DNA of 64,000 nt from Eledone cirrhosa. Lineage: Eukaryota. The notes beneath the pieces are model-generated. The model was not told the DNA's origin and searched no databases. It worked only from the letters and a program-made list of their open reading frames with translations. The stretch spans positions 86,180,001 to 86,244,000 of the forward strand of contig OZ024747.1 of assembly GCA_964016885.1 (NCBI GenBank). Direction: 5' to 3'. Position numbers and translations under genes: made by a program. Of the stretch, positions 13,900 to 28,887 are shown piece after piece. How positions within the stretch are numbered: the first letter of the stretch is position 1; each line of letters opens with the position of its first letter.

Positions 13900-14560
13900 A
13901 TATCACAAATTTGTGAGTCAACTACTTTTAATTGTAGACAGCCTATGCTAGTCTTGTCTACTTCCCTACAGAATATCCTATCTCGATACAATCTGGATGA
14001 CCCAATGCGTTTTGCCGTGCCCACATTGGCATATTCGAGAAATCCAGTCGGTACCTGTCAGACAGTTGGAAACGTTTGAGAAAATTTGGGAGGCTTTTAC
14101 ACCCTCTTCCCCTATCCGGTAGTCCCTCACAGTACAACGTGCATCCAAGATCCCGTTCCAATCGCCCTCTAACATTAAAGAGTGGGACGTTCCCTGGAAG
14201 GTCTCCAGTCATCTGAAGAAATCATAAGGCATAAACAGCCACTGGTCTGAAAGCATAGCCTTCGCTGCTGGTCACGCCCAGCATCATCGACTTACCTTTT
14301 GGATCCAGGAAGATGGTCCGTATCACGAGATCCAGGCATTTACGAAGCAACATAGCGACTCCACCTCCAGAACCCGGGCGGCTTGGGGATGCGTACACCT
14401 CGTAACCGGCGAAAATGAGCACGAAGGCTTTTGCCTACGAAATTCTGGTCTCGCTGATGGCCACCACATCTATGTTCATTGACCCGAGGTCGTTGAGCAG
14501 GTGACCCTGCTGCCATGACGACTCCAACCACGGTTCCTCCGATACTATTGGCTGGTTGTG
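13900..14560 (-). mobile_element. Tx1/L1-clade LINE endonuclease remnant
   Basis: Frameshifted ORFs give SETR..GGGVAMLLRK..LDPKGK..VAVYA..GDWNGILD..LSDRYR. Confidence 0.8.
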
Positions 14561-15176
14561 GCCCTCTCCGCAAGGATGTCTTTGTATATCCTTTTGGAGG
14601 GTGTTTCGAGGAAATCTCTAATGCCATTGGAGAATTTTCCTTTCAAAATAGTGCATGTCATTTGGGAGATGCGGGTTATTTTCATGTGTGGGTTGTGTGA
14701 ATTTGTTGGGTATTGTGTAATTTCTTTTCTGTGATACAGGTGTTCTGTTGGATGTAGTGCAATAATGGTTCGTTGTTCGGGTTTAAAGCCGTAGTGGGTT
14801 GCAGTTTTATTGTTTTGTGTTTGCGTTTGTTGTGGTTACTCATTTGGGTTTGTTTCTGTTTGGCTAGTTGTTGTTTGTTGTGGTGTTGGAGTTGTTCATG
14901 GTGATGGTGTTGTTGTTTGTGGTGGTGGGGCTGGTGATGTTGGTGTGGTTGGTGATAGTGGTGTTGATGTTTTAGTTTTTTGTCTGCTTGTTTGTTTCGC
15001 CCACCTTTTTTGAGGGCAAAAGAAGAGAGTTCTTTTTTTAAAATTATTTTTGATGGTTTTAGAGAGCATCATATATGAACATATCAACAGTTAACAATAA
15101 CATTTTTCCACAACTAGCAATTCAAAACAACAAACCTTTCGGAGGTCTCAATAACACGTCTTCGCAAGTAAGTCGC

Positions 15177-15210
<34 letters not shown>

Positions 15211-15553
15211 AACAACAACAACACCAACACCAACACCACCACCACCACCACCACCACCACCACCAATTTGTGTCTTCTGGAACTATTTAGAATGGTAGAA
15301 AAGTTGTGAAATTGTTTATTCTTCAACTGGTTAGTTCCAAGTTATTCTCTGTACCAACCATTTCTGGGGCTTCTTAGCTGAATAATTGCTACTTGGGAAA
15401 TATTGTTATCTTAACACACTACAAAAGATATGCCTGTGTATGTTTGTGTGTTTGTATGTTTGCATGTATGTATGTTTGCATGTATGTATGCATGCATGTA
15501 TGTATATTCGCATGTACATCTATTTTATATTCATATACATGTGTGCATTTATT

Positions 15554-15622
<69 letters not shown>

Positions 15623-15660
15623 AATATATGTATATAAATATGTATAAATATGTGTATATA

Positions 15661-15703
<43 letters not shown>

Positions 15704-15811
15704 TATATATAAATGGGTATACATAAATACAGACACATGTATATATATATATATATATATATATACATGTGTGTGTGTATAAATATATTTATGTATACCC
15801 ATTTATATATA

Positions 15812-15850
<39 letters not shown>

Positions 15851-16445
15851 GTGTGTGTGTGCGTGCGCGCGCGTGTATATATATATATATAGAAAGAGAG
15901 AGAGAGAGAGATTTGCATGTGTGTGCGTCTGTGTGTCTGTACGGCAACAAAAACAAAGATATATATATAAACCAGACAAAAATATTGAGATTCCTGGGTT
16001 TTACTCTCATAGAACCCACAAAAAACCCCTTCACAAACACAGTGGAAGGAGAAACAGGGCTGGCAGGAATAACATCTCTACCTACTCCGCCCTAACAGAC
16101 ACCGCAGCAGACAACGAACGACGCCACCCCTCATGTACATAACTACCCCCCCCCCCTTCATCCCCACCCCCCAGACAACCAGTGATGCACCTTCCACACG
16201 ACCTAGGAGACAGCTATCACCCCATCATATTATATAACAGATCTCCACTCCACCCTACAAGAAAAAAAAAACCGACGACGTCCCATCTGTTCGTTACCTA
16301 GTAAATCCCACCCGCCGCCGCCCCGCTTCCCTAAAGGACTCTGCCCCCACCACACACCACACAACAGTAGACAACCAACGACACCCTCCTTCCCCTACAC
16401 TTCTCTAACAGAACCCCACCCAACATCTCTCCCACAGCAAACATG

Positions 16446-16540
16446 GAAGAAGAAGAAGAAGAAGAAGAAGAAGAAGAAGAAGAAGAAGAAGAAGAAGAAG
16501 AAGAAGAAGAAGAAGAAGAAGAAGAAGAAGAAGAAGAAGA
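16446..16540. repeat. (GAA)n microsatellite
   Basis: Directly visible, about 31 units. Confidence 0.97.
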
Positions 16541-17705
16541 AACACTAAAATTGCTTAAAAGTTAATAAATAAATATAAATATAATTATTGTGGTGACGGT
16601 GGGGTGACAAGGTAGCGATGGTGGTGGTGGTGACGGTGGTAGTAGTGATAGTGGGGTGACAAGGTAGCGATGGTGGTGGTGGTGACGGAGGTAGTAGTGG
16701 TGATGATGGTGATCATGAATATTTGTATAATAAGTATGTCCCCTCTTCTCTCTCAAGAGTTTCCCCACAAATCCCTGAAGAAAGACCGTGAAACCCAGAC
16801 AAGACTGAGCACAGCAGGCGAATGACAAAGATAAAAGAAAATTTATATAAAAACAACAATAAAAATCTGTGGGTAACCAACTCTGTGCCGATGGTTGGTG
16901 ATTAGGGAGGTGACCCTAGGGCCAAGGACACGAGAAGTCTCTACTTCTGAGAGTTCGACCGCAAACCTGTTGGAGAGCGATTGGTATTTGGAGTGTTTAC
17001 TCTACTCGGCCAGAAGTGCAGCAAAGCCTGGGTTAGTAGTTGCAGACTGCACCAGGTTGACATAATCCACTCTCCTCTTTCGCCCTTGTAAAGTCTGCTC
17101 TGAAGCATAGTTGGTAATAACTTAGATCAGAAGAGAGATAGAGTAAGTGAGAGTGAGGTGAGAAGAGGAAATGTGTGGCGTCCGAACGAATATCCTCTAC
17201 TTCCAACTAACTTACCCTCCGTCTTTGTGTCCTGGCGGACAGGATGGAGAATACAAATGCCTCGGAGGACGGCGAGAGAGATGTGCTGGAACAGCCTCTC
17301 CACCTAGCGGGGTTCTCAACTACGGGCAGCAAACTCCGCTCCGACGGCAGTGAGTATGGATGTGGTCCAGGGGCTAAGAACGCCGGAAGTTTCCATTGCT
17401 CTACCAACAGGCTCTACCAACAAACATATCAGAGGGCGGCCGATACTTGAACAGCTTGTCCTTTTCGACCTGTTCACCATGCCGTCTAGCAACAAAATGG
17501 TATGTATGATATATTTTCAACTTGTCTTCTTATTTCTAAGAAGAATTCACCTCCCAATGAAGGAACTTTAATTCTTCCAATGTCATGGAATTACTGATGT
17601 TGTATCTTGAGTTCCATAAACCATGTTCGGGGTATTATAAAAGTTAAAGCCGACTTTCTTTGCCGATTTGGCTTATATCACCCTAAAATAAGATTTGGGC
17701 TTAAG

Positions 17706-17746
<41 letters not shown>

Positions 17747-17759
17747 TGCAAGAATTGCA

Positions 17760-18275
17760 GGAGCTGGTGCAGTAATGCGATGTAAAAGCCAAACTCGCTA
17801 TCATCAATTTGGTATTAGTGCCAACCCTTATCTATGGTCATGAATCTTGCGAATAAGCGAAAGAATGCGATCGCGAATACAAGCAGCTGAAATGGGGTTC
17901 CTTCGATGGTGTCTTTGGAGTAACGTCACCCGATAGAGGGCATAGCTTGGATATCAGAGAGTCACTCCAGGTAGAGCCTTTACTTCTCCGATACAATGGG
18001 GATGTGGTTAAGATATCCAAGGAAAGAATCGCTGGACAGATTTTACGGGAAAAAACCAACAGGCAGGAGACCCAGGGATAGAACCCGAGCAAGATGGTTG
18101 GATAACATCCATGAGCTTGGCTGGTCACGCTTGGAGATCCAGCCGGATCAGTTGGAGGCGGTTGCTTCTGACAGGACCTACTGGAAGGAATGTTTGAGGA
18201 CTCTTCCCCCATGACACTCTCTAGAAGAAGAAGAAGAAGAAGTAGAAGAAGAAGAAGAAGTAGAAGAAGAAGAAG
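17760..18275 (+). mobile_element. RTE-clade LINE 3' end with (AAG)n tail
   Basis: RMRSRIQAAEMGFLR and GRRPRDRTRARWLDNI match the RTE RT C-terminus; trinucleotide tail follows. Confidence 0.8.
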
Positions 18276-18361
18276 ATATATCAGGTTGGATTCAGTTTGA
18301 AACAGGTTAGAGCATTACTCAAGAGAGTACTTGATACTTGTGGTAGTAGAGTATGGTTATA

Positions 18362-18456
18362 TTATAACGAGCCGGAACCCAACAGCTGAGCTCTTGCCGT
18401 TTCAGCAAGCTGTTGAAACGGCAAGAGCTCAGCCGTCGGATCCTGACTCTTTATAA
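18362..18456. mobile_element. Diverged fold-back element related to family P
   Basis: GCTGAGCTCTTGCCGTTTCA mirrored as TGAAACGGCAAGAGCTCAGC; a TA-rich tract follows. Confidence 0.65.
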
Positions 18457-18736
18457 TATATAAGCATATATATATATATATATAATATATACACATACAC
18501 ATATATTTATATATATATAATATATACACATACACATATATATATATAATATATACACATACACATATATATATATATATAATATATACACATACACATA
18601 TATATAATATATACACATACACATATATATATATAATATATACACATACACATATATATAATACACGCACAGACACACACAAATATATCAAGTTACATAA
18701 CTGAGAGGCAGAGAGTGGGAGAGAGAGCGAGAGAGT

Positions 18737-18808
<72 letters not shown>

Positions 18809-19254
18809 ACGCTGGATGGTTAAAACAGCTCCAGTGGTATGGACAGGAAGAGTTTATGGATTGGAGCTGTTTCTGTTAAAATAAGAATAACATGGTGTGG
18901 TGGTAGTGGCGTGGTTTTGTGGTAATGATGTGGTACCTATAGTGGTGGTGATGGTGGTGGTGTTGGAGGGGTTTGGGTGGTGGTGATGGTGGTGGTGTGG
19001 TGTAGTGATGGGTTGTGGTGGTTTGGTTGAGTGCTGATGGTGTTATGGCGGTTAAGGTGTGGTGATATGGTTGTGTAGCGGTGTTTTTATGATAGTGAAG
19101 GTGGTGCTGGTGGTGGTGATGACATGGTGTTGAGGATGTAGGGGTATTGTAGTGGGTATGATCGTACATTAATTGTCTTAACAGCAAGCAAAGAATGAAT
19201 TGTAAACCCAACCTACTCTGCCTTAGTTCGGTGTTAGCTCACCCTTGCTTTATA

Positions 19255-19665
19255 TCTAGGGTATATGTACTATACATAGTTCTAACTAGGGTATATATGT
19301 TATATATACCCTTGATTTTCTACTTGAACTAATTATACTCTTAGTTTTTATTTAGTGTACATGTACTATATGTATTCTTGTTTTCTAACTGGAGTATATC
19401 TACTGTATATATTACCATTGGTATATATCCAGTGTGTATATACATACTGTACATACTTGTGTTTTTAACTAGAATATATATACTATATACACACTTGCCT
19501 TATAACTAGGGTACATGTACTATATATATATATATACCATTGATTCTAACTAGGGTACATGTACTATATATATACCATTGGTTCTAAGTAGGGTATATGT
19601 ATTATATATATATATATATACCATTGGTTCAAACTAGGATATATGTACTATATTTATCCTTGAAT
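19255..19665. repeat. Minisatellite, unit of about 35-45 bp, about 10 copies
   Basis: Recurring TCTAACTAGGGTATATGTACTATATA..CC..TTG. Confidence 0.85.
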
Positions 19666-19989
19666 TGTATACTACAATCTAACAACAACACTGATGATAC
19701 CAAGTTCTTCACACACGCTTGAAAACCCTTGGATAGCTCATCAGTATTGTATCATGGAATTCCAGGCTTACAACATAAAATATCACACAGGTAAGCTAAC
19801 CGAGGTTGATCAAGCTTCAGTCTGTATCCAAGTGGCCACTTCTCTTCAGTTGTGGTATTTACATAAGAAACCCATTGCACAATGTCGACGAACTTCATCA
19901 TTACCCAGTCCCTATTAGGGTGAATGCCCTAAACCCCTGCGTCACATACCCCCTCTTTCTATATATATATTTCATGAAGTAGGGTTAAC

Positions 19990-21343
19990 TCCAATTCATT
20001 TGTTTATAGAAGAATCCAGGAAACTCAAATTGCTAACTGCTCACTTTAAAAGCAAAAGAAAACAGCGTGATACGTGGCTTCCTCAATGGGTAGAACAATT
20101 AAAATCGTTTAAAATAATGATTAAAAACACAAAAGGAAGAACTCCATAACATTATCACACAGTCAATTTCTTTTAACAGCTGGGTCTGCTACACAGATGG
20201 GGCACTTTCAGACAAGAGAGTGGGTTGTGGAGCTACTTAGTCTTTCAAAAATAATTATAGAGATATGAACTTCAGATTACATCGGGATTACATTATATTT
20301 GATGTAGAATGGTAGGGAATTGCATTATCAATAGATTCAGCTAAAGAATTGCCCTGGAAAAATGGTTTTCTATTTACTGATAGTCTATCGAACCTAGAAC
20401 TGCTTCAGTCAAGAAAAAGGCGTCGGATTAGAAATATTGAAAATGCTCTGCTAAAAATAGATAACTACCTCTCAGAAAATAATAAAGAAATAACTGTGAT
20501 TTAGACAGCGAGCCATACAGATATTAGAGGAAATAGGAAAGCAGACGATTAGCAAAAGAGGTAGCTCAAAGGGAAATAATAGATATGGACTACATCCCAA
20601 ATCTTTCGCAGGTAAAATCCTTTAGAAAACATATAATTAGTCAAGAGTTGGAAACATTTTGAGAAGAACCCAGAGATAAGCTCACAAATTTCAATCCCCC
20701 AATTTCTCAACCAGATTTGACAACGTTCAAAATTTATCTATCGTTGATTAATGCGAATAAAAAAAAAAGACTATGCTGGCTTCGAACTGGACATATATCT
20801 TTGAACTATATTCTATCAAGAACAGGTCATAGAGATTCACCTCTATGTTCTTGTGGTGACTCTCTAGTAACTCTTTGACACTATTTCTTCCTAAGTAGAA
20901 ACTACCAGTCTAAGAGAGAGAGAGAGAGGCCATATTGAAACCAATCTTTAAAAAAACTACCAATATTGGAAGTTCAATATATGATTACAGGTCTACCAAA
21001 TATAAACAAAATCTTTGAGTACATGGAAGCTACAAAAAGATTCAACAGAAACTTCTAACTGTTTTACAGCTTCCCTTGTTTCCTAATTTCCTTTTCTTTT
21101 TCGCTTTCTTACGCATAACTACAATATTTTAAATTTTGGCCTACAATATTTGAAATTTTTATTTTTATTTAATTTTTTGTTTTTTCGATTTTTTAATTTT
21201 TTTTATTACTTGTCTCAGTAGTTCTTTTTAATTACCAACTGTAAGGAGTACTCGATATTTCCCCTAATCCGCCATGGCTTACTAGCTCTATACGGACGTT
21301 TAAATTGATTAGATAAATAAACAAACAAATAAATAAATAAATA
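19990..21343 (+). mobile_element. RNase H-containing (I-group-like) LINE 3' remnant with (TAAA)n tail
   Basis: FTDSLS, ASHTDIRGNRKAD, WLRTGH..LN..L.RTGHRDSPLCSCG..H; (TAAA)n at about 21314-21343. Confidence 0.8.
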
Positions 21344-21537
21344 AGTATATGGTACGCATCATATAACAAAACGTTTGTATGTTTGCAGCATCATACCAAA
21401 CCATTAAAATTGTTTTTATTTAACTAAAATCCTTCCATCATAATTTTATTTATGAATTTTTGTTGAGTTGCGATCCAAACAAGAACAATAATGAGAAAAT
21501 TAAGAAATATAACTAAATCCCCCGAAATTTTTGATTA

Positions 21538-21893
21538 CCGTATTTCCCGGCGCCGAAGGCGCTTCGTCCTCGAAGACGCACCCTGATTTTGACAACCAAA
21601 ATTTTGAAAAAAAAAAATTGTTTCTACTTTAGGCACAAGGCCAGCAATTACTCAGTACATTACTGGTACTTTATTTTATCGACTCCGTAAGGATGAAAGG
21701 CAAAGTTAACCTCGGCGGGATTTGAACTCAGACTGTAAAGGGACGTAACTATGCTAGAAAGCATGGCGTCCAACTCTCTACCGATACTGCCAATTCAAAA
21801 AATAATAAACAACCTTCAGCCTCCAAGACGCATGATAGATTTTGGAGACTTATTGTAGGAAAAAAGTAGTTTCTTCGACGCCGGGAAATACGG
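21538..21893. mobile_element. pogo/Tigger-like MITE interrupted by a SINE
   Basis: TIRs CCGTATTTCCCGGCG(C/T)CGAAG with TA TSD at both ends. Confidence 0.8.
21616..21796 (-). mobile_element. SINE family A, near full length, nested in the MITE
   Basis: A-box-like GGCAGTATCGGTAG, B box GAGTTCAAATCC, family core; inserted in an A-run. Confidence 0.85.
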
Positions 21894-22355
21894 TATTTAC
21901 AAAATTATTTGCTAATCCTAGGCAGCGCCTGCCATTTGAAATATGTTAAGGAGAGGGTTAATACACCCATTCAATCATCAGTGCAACAAAACTTGCAGTA
22001 ATGCATCCATCTTTGTACACACCCACACTAAACACACCCTACCTACATCACAGACAGAGAACAGCCAATAATGAACACGTGGTGTGTTGTTTTATTGTGG
22101 AATGAGCTTTCTACAAAAAAATTGTAATTAATGTTATATAAACAACCAATGGGGTTTAACGGATCAACAGAATCTACCAAGTGTGTCGGTGAAAGGAGAA
22201 GGAGGAGCATCAGTGAAGCATGTGCAGTTATGGTTGGTTGGTTGGTTTAGCAGCAGAAGTAGGAGGGTATAGGGTATGATGGGTGGTGATAATGTTATGA
22301 TGGGAGGAATTACCTAACAACTGGTGTCGTTTGCGTAAGGTGTTGTGTCGTCGTT

Positions 22356-22407
<52 letters not shown>

Positions 22408-22737
22408 CAGCAGTAGTAGTAGTAGTAGTAGCAGCAGCAGTAGTAGTAGTAGTAATAGTAGTAGTAGTTATGTATGTGTGTGCATATGTATAAGTAGTCG
22501 TAGTAGTAGTAACGTGTGTATGTGTATGAATAGTAATAGTTATATATATGTGTGTGTGTGTCACCTTTTCATAGTAGACTATGTTCTTGCAGCCAGTTTT
22601 TATGTTGCATGCACGTGTTGTGCATATGTTGTATATAACTATGTGTTGTCTGCGTGCTCTCGTGTTGTGGGTGTATGATGTATGTGTAGTAAGCACAGCG
22701 GCGCGTGTGTGTCATATAATATATGTATATATATATT

Positions 22738-23078
22738 ATTCAAAATGTTAACAAATGAAAAATATTCGCATAATCAAAATATATACTTTATTATATATTT
22801 TTCAAAGGTACTGTGCTGTTTTTTTCTGTACGTCCTCATCAGATAAAATATATGATTTGATATATGACATACCGCTACGGTCTTGATTATTCAATTCCCG
22901 TATTGGCGGTCAATACGGGAATTGAATAATCAAGACCGTAGCAGTATGTCATATATGAAATCATATATTTTATCTGATGAGGACGTACAGAAAAAAACAG
23001 CACAGTACCTTTGAAATATATATAATAAAGTATATATTTTGATTAGGCGAATATTTTTCATTTGTTAACATTTTGAAT
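22738..23078. repeat. Fold-back element with arms of about 168 bp carrying a hammerhead motif
   Basis: Centre at 22908, about 4 mismatches between arms, TA-rich flanks. Confidence 0.9.
22963..23035 (+). ncRNA. Type I hammerhead ribozyme motif
   Basis: Stem I ATATATTTTAT/ATAAAGTATAT (11 bp, one G-U), CTGATGA, stem II GG..GTAC/GTAC.CT, GAAA-TATATA-TA. Confidence 0.65.
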
Positions 23079-23178
23079 TATATTAAAAACTCCAGGAAAA
23101 TTTTTTTTGTTGAGTGCTTCTAATCTATTTTAAAAGTGTATTCGTTGAGTAATCAACGAACCATATTAATCTTTGGTC

Positions 23179-23229
<51 letters not shown>

Positions 23230-23263
23230 GTATGTATATATATATATATGGTATATATATATG

Positions 23264-23303
<40 letters not shown>

Positions 23304-23394
23304 GTATATATAAATATATATGGTATATATATATATATGTGGTATATATATATATGTATATGTGGTATGTATATATATATATATATATATGTGT

Positions 23395-23424
<30 letters not shown>

Positions 23425-23428
<4 letters not shown>

Positions 23429-23633
23429 TATGTATGTTTTGAAACAGTGAGCAGGTTTGAAATTAGAAAATAGAATAGTTTTCACCATATTTTTGACTGA
23501 AGAAATTTTAGCCTGATGATGGGGTTTAGAACCCTCAGATAAATGGAAAAAGATGAGTATTGACGTACATGGGAGTGGAACACACATCTTTCGTTATCCA
23601 GACCACTGTGCTACCATTACACCAACACATCAC

Positions 23634-23636
<3 letters not shown>
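23425..23636 (-). mobile_element. SINE family C, full length with tRNA-like head
   Basis: Minus-strand TGGTGTAATGGTAGCAC (A box) and GTTCCACTCC (B-box-like); 3' end CTTA runs into (TA)n. Confidence 0.7.
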
Positions 23637-23691
<55 letters not shown>

Positions 23692-23895
23692 ATATATATA
23701 TATATATATATACCACATATACATATATATATATATATATATATGTATATGTGGTATATAAATATATATAAATATGTATATGTGGTATATATATATATAT
23801 ATGTATATGTGGTATATATATATATATATGTGGTATATATATATATATATGCATATATATATATATGGTATATATATATATATGCATATATATAT

Positions 23896-23933
<38 letters not shown>

Positions 23934-23956
23934 TATATATATATATATATATATGC

Positions 23957-23991
<35 letters not shown>

Positions 23992-24031
23992 TATATGTAT
24001 ATGTGTATATATATATATATATATGTGGTAT

Positions 24032-24065
<34 letters not shown>

Positions 24066-24380
24066 ATATGTATACGTATATATATATATACATGTACATA
24101 TATGTATATATATATATATATATTGTATATATATATATATGTGGTATATATATATATATATAAGTATATATATATGTATATATATATATACATATATATA
24201 TATGTATATATATATGTATATATATATATATATATACATATATGTATATGTATATATACATATACATATACATATATATATATACATATATGTATATGTA
24301 TATATACATATACATATATACATATATGTATATGTATATATACATATACATATATATATATATATGTATATGTATAAATT

Positions 24381-24412
<32 letters not shown>

Positions 24413-24414
24413 TG

Positions 24415-24471
<57 letters not shown>

Positions 24472-24642
24472 GTATATATATATGTATATATATATGTATG
24501 TATATATGTATATATATATATGGATATATGCGACGAAAGGCCTACGACGGTTGGATGGCCACTGATGAGGACAAACCTTTTCATATGTAACCCATTTGCA
24601 GCGCCGCAGCTCCATTATTATCATATTTACACATTGTATATA

Positions 24643-24685
<43 letters not shown>

Positions 24686-24705
24686 GTATATATATATATA
24701 TGTAT

Positions 24706-24861
<156 letters not shown>

Positions 24862-24912
24862 GTATATATGTATATATGTAAATATATGTATATATATACA
24901 TATATATATATC

Positions 24913-25001
<89 letters not shown>

Positions 25002-25012
25002 GTATCTATATA

Positions 25013-25070
<58 letters not shown>

Positions 25071-25078
25071 TATGTATC

Positions 25079-25185
<107 letters not shown>

Positions 25186-25220
25186 ATATGTATCTATATA
25201 TATATATAGATATATATATG

Positions 25221-25470
25221 TATATAAGATCAAAAGATGGTTAAAAGAGTTCCATGTATTTTATTATGCGCATTTCAAAAACAAATGTCATCATGCAATA
25301 ACATTTGCGTTTTCGTCAGATAAAATAGGGAGACATGATATGAAGGTTAAAACACACTTGTGAATAGTGCAGTTTTAAATCAACAAATGTTATTGCATGA
25401 TGATATTTGTTTTTGAAATGCTCATAATAAAATACATGGAACTCTTTTAACCATCTTTTGATCTTATATA
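25221..25470. repeat. Fold-back element with arms of about 87 bp
   Basis: TATAAGATCAAAAGATGGTTAAAAGAGTTCC... mirrored at 25384-25470, inside the TA array. Confidence 0.9.
25257..25327 (-). ncRNA. Type I hammerhead ribozyme motif
   Basis: TATTTTAT-CTGACGA-[stem II CAAATGTTAT/ATGACATTTG]-GAAA-TGCGCA-TA-ATAAAATA; perfect 8-bp stem I and palindromic stem III. Confidence 0.75.
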
Positions 25471-25569
25471 TTATTTATACTCCAGTCCTACAAACTGTAG
25501 AGTGCTACTTATTCGATATCTTCATGGCTTTATTGTACTACAATAAAACTCCCCCCCTACATATATATG

Positions 25570-25711
<142 letters not shown>

Positions 25712-25732
25712 TATATATATATATATATACAC

Positions 25733-25867
<135 letters not shown>

Positions 25868-25920
25868 TATATATATATATATATACACATATATACACAC
25901 ACATATATATATATATATAT

Positions 25921-25965
<45 letters not shown>

Positions 25966-26070
25966 TATATACACACACACATATATATATATATACACAC
26001 ACATATATATATATACACATATATATATATATATATACACACATATATATATAAATATATATATATATAT

Positions 26071-26111
<41 letters not shown>

Positions 26112-26240
26112 TATATATATATACACATATATATATATACACATATATATATATATATACACATATATATATATATATACACATATATATATATATACAC
26201 ACATATATATATATATACACATATATATATATATATACAC

Positions 26241-26287
<47 letters not shown>

Positions 26288-26422
26288 TATATATATATAT
26301 ATACACATATATATATATATATATACACACATATATATATATATATATACACACATATATATATATATATATACACACATATATATATATATATATACAC
26401 ACATATATATATATATATACAC

Positions 26423-26455
<33 letters not shown>

Positions 26456-26456
26456 C

Positions 26457-26523
<67 letters not shown>

Positions 26524-26580
26524 CATATATATATACATATATATATATATACATATATATATACATATATATATATATAC

Positions 26581-26629
<49 letters not shown>

Positions 26630-26680
26630 CATATATATATACATATATATATATATACATATATATATACATATATATAC

Positions 26681-26752
<72 letters not shown>

Positions 26753-26753
26753 G

Positions 26754-26882
<129 letters not shown>

Positions 26883-26883
26883 G

Positions 26884-26915
<32 letters not shown>

Positions 26916-26924
26916 CATATATAC

Positions 26925-26959
<35 letters not shown>

Positions 26960-26973
26960 CATATATATATATG

Positions 26974-27059
<86 letters not shown>

Positions 27060-27118
27060 CATATATATATACATATATATATATATACATATATATATAT
27101 ATGTATATATATATATAC

Positions 27119-27256
<138 letters not shown>

Positions 27257-27279
27257 GTATATGTATATATATATATGTA

Positions 27280-27475
27280 ACGAAAGAAATGTGGTAAGGA
27301 ACCAGGTGGACCATAACGCACCAAAGTACTCAATACTTAGGGTAGTAGAGTGGGTAATAAGAACAAGTAAGACCCCGACGGCTGAGCTCAAGCCGTTTCG
27401 ACGGCTAATTCTGGAGTCCAGAATTAGCCGTCGAAACGGCTTGAGCTCAGCCGTCGGGGTCTTACTTGTTCCTAT
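27280..27475 (-). mobile_element. Fold-back element, family P copy 2
   Basis: Same tail and palindrome as 9871-10063; centre at 27416; (TA)n on both sides. Confidence 0.8.
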
Positions 27476-27496
27476 ATATATATGTATATATATATA

Positions 27497-27890
27497 CAAC
27501 TTTGACTTTGATAACTTTGATAGGTTTCGGCCAGTATTGGCCCAGGCCATGTCTAACTTAATAGCACCACCTGGCGAAGAGTTATTATTTACGGAGGCAT
27601 ATCCGGGTGTAGGAGGCTTATCCGGGATTTCTGGATGGAATTTATCCAAAGACTTCTTGAACTTGATGAGGGTCTGTCTCTGCTTTGATGTGTTTTGGTG
27701 TAATGTTAAAGAGTGCAGGGCCAATTGAGGTGAAATAATTGTGCAGTATTGTTGTTATGTGATGCGAGTGGGATTTTTGTCGTGGGCGGATAGCACGGGG
27801 CCCAAGCCTTGGGTGTACACTAAAGGTGATGCCAACATCATTTGGGCTAAGCTGATGGAATATTTTCCACATCATACAGATAATGCAGCG
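27497..27890 (-). mobile_element. CR1-like LINE 3' end
   Basis: [13 protein letters not shown] and [24 protein letters not shown]; short tandem (TCAAAG)-type tail. Confidence 0.7.
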
Positions 27891-27902
27891 TATATATGCA
27901 TA

Positions 27903-27963
<61 letters not shown>

Positions 27964-27990
27964 GCATATATATATATATATACATGTATA

Positions 27991-28023
<33 letters not shown>

Positions 28024-28289
28024 GCATATATATATATATATACATGTATATATATATATTGTGTATATATACATGTATATATATATAAACATATACATAT
28101 ATGTATATATAATATTAAGGATACTATTTATAGTTATGTATATACTATATACAACTATAAACAGGTACGGTCAGTAATGTATTACTACCTTATTACCAGT
28201 AAGATAAATAGCTCAATGTAAGAACATCATTTGTTATGCAGAGCAGTTATAAAGAATACACAAGAATCACAGCTATGTTAGAACATTTA

Positions 28290-28340
28290 ATTGCTGACAA
28301 TTGTTTCTTCCAAGCCTAGGCTTGGAGTCTTCGGAGCAAT
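28290..28340 (-). ncRNA. Type I hammerhead-like fold, core variant CCGAAGA
   Basis: ATTGCT-CCGAAGA-C-TCCAAGCC TA GGCTTGGA-A-GAAA-CAATTG-TC-AGCAAT. Confidence 0.6.
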
Positions 28341-28834
28341 ATTAGTAATGTTTTTACATATAATCAGCCTCCTATTTTACTGAAGTGTCATACAAATACA
28401 TATTGTGGACAACAGTGTGTGATAGGTAAGATTTAAAATTACAATTAAAAGCTTTTGGTAGAGCATGTGACAGATAATACAAGAGCGTCTAGTACATAAA
28501 TAAAATTAAAGAGACAGTACGTGCGTTAGTCATACATAAAGCAATTGAACAGGCAAAAGTATCAAGCACATATGAATGCTGGGTGTTGCATAAAAAATAC
28601 AAGCACATAAAGCAGGTGTGTTAATATTATGGTGGTTGCAATGCTGAGATATTTTCAGTGTAGATCGAATATGTGTGTGTGTAGAATAAGAAAGTTCCAA
28701 GTTTCACATCCATTACATATGTCACGATGTATTTGTGTTGAGTGTTTGTAGAATAAGAAAGTTCCAAGTTTCACATCCATTACATATGTCACGATGTATT
28801 TGTGTTGAGTGTTTGTTATAGTATATGTTATTAA

Positions 28835-28887
28835 TAATGCTCCGAAGACTCCAGCCTGGGCTTGGAAGAAACAATTGTCAGCAATTA
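28835..28887 (+). ncRNA. Type I hammerhead-like fold, core variant CCGAAGA (mirror copy)
   Basis: TGCT-CCGAAGA-..-GAAA-CAATTG-TC-AGCA. Confidence 0.55.

Noticed and set aside
19255-19665. CRISPR-like repeat array
   Set aside because: Eukaryotic context; degenerate tandem units without unique spacers
23509-23596. Plus-strand hammerhead-like arrangement (CTGATGA...GAAA AAGATG..CATCTT TC) in SINE family C
   Set aside because: About 8 extra nt between stem II and GAAA, core not conserved in the other copies (CTGATAG or deleted), and it is antisense to the tRNA-like head
24530-24590. CTGATGAGG island in the TA array
   Set aside because: No GAAA after stem II and no stem I pairing; at most a relic
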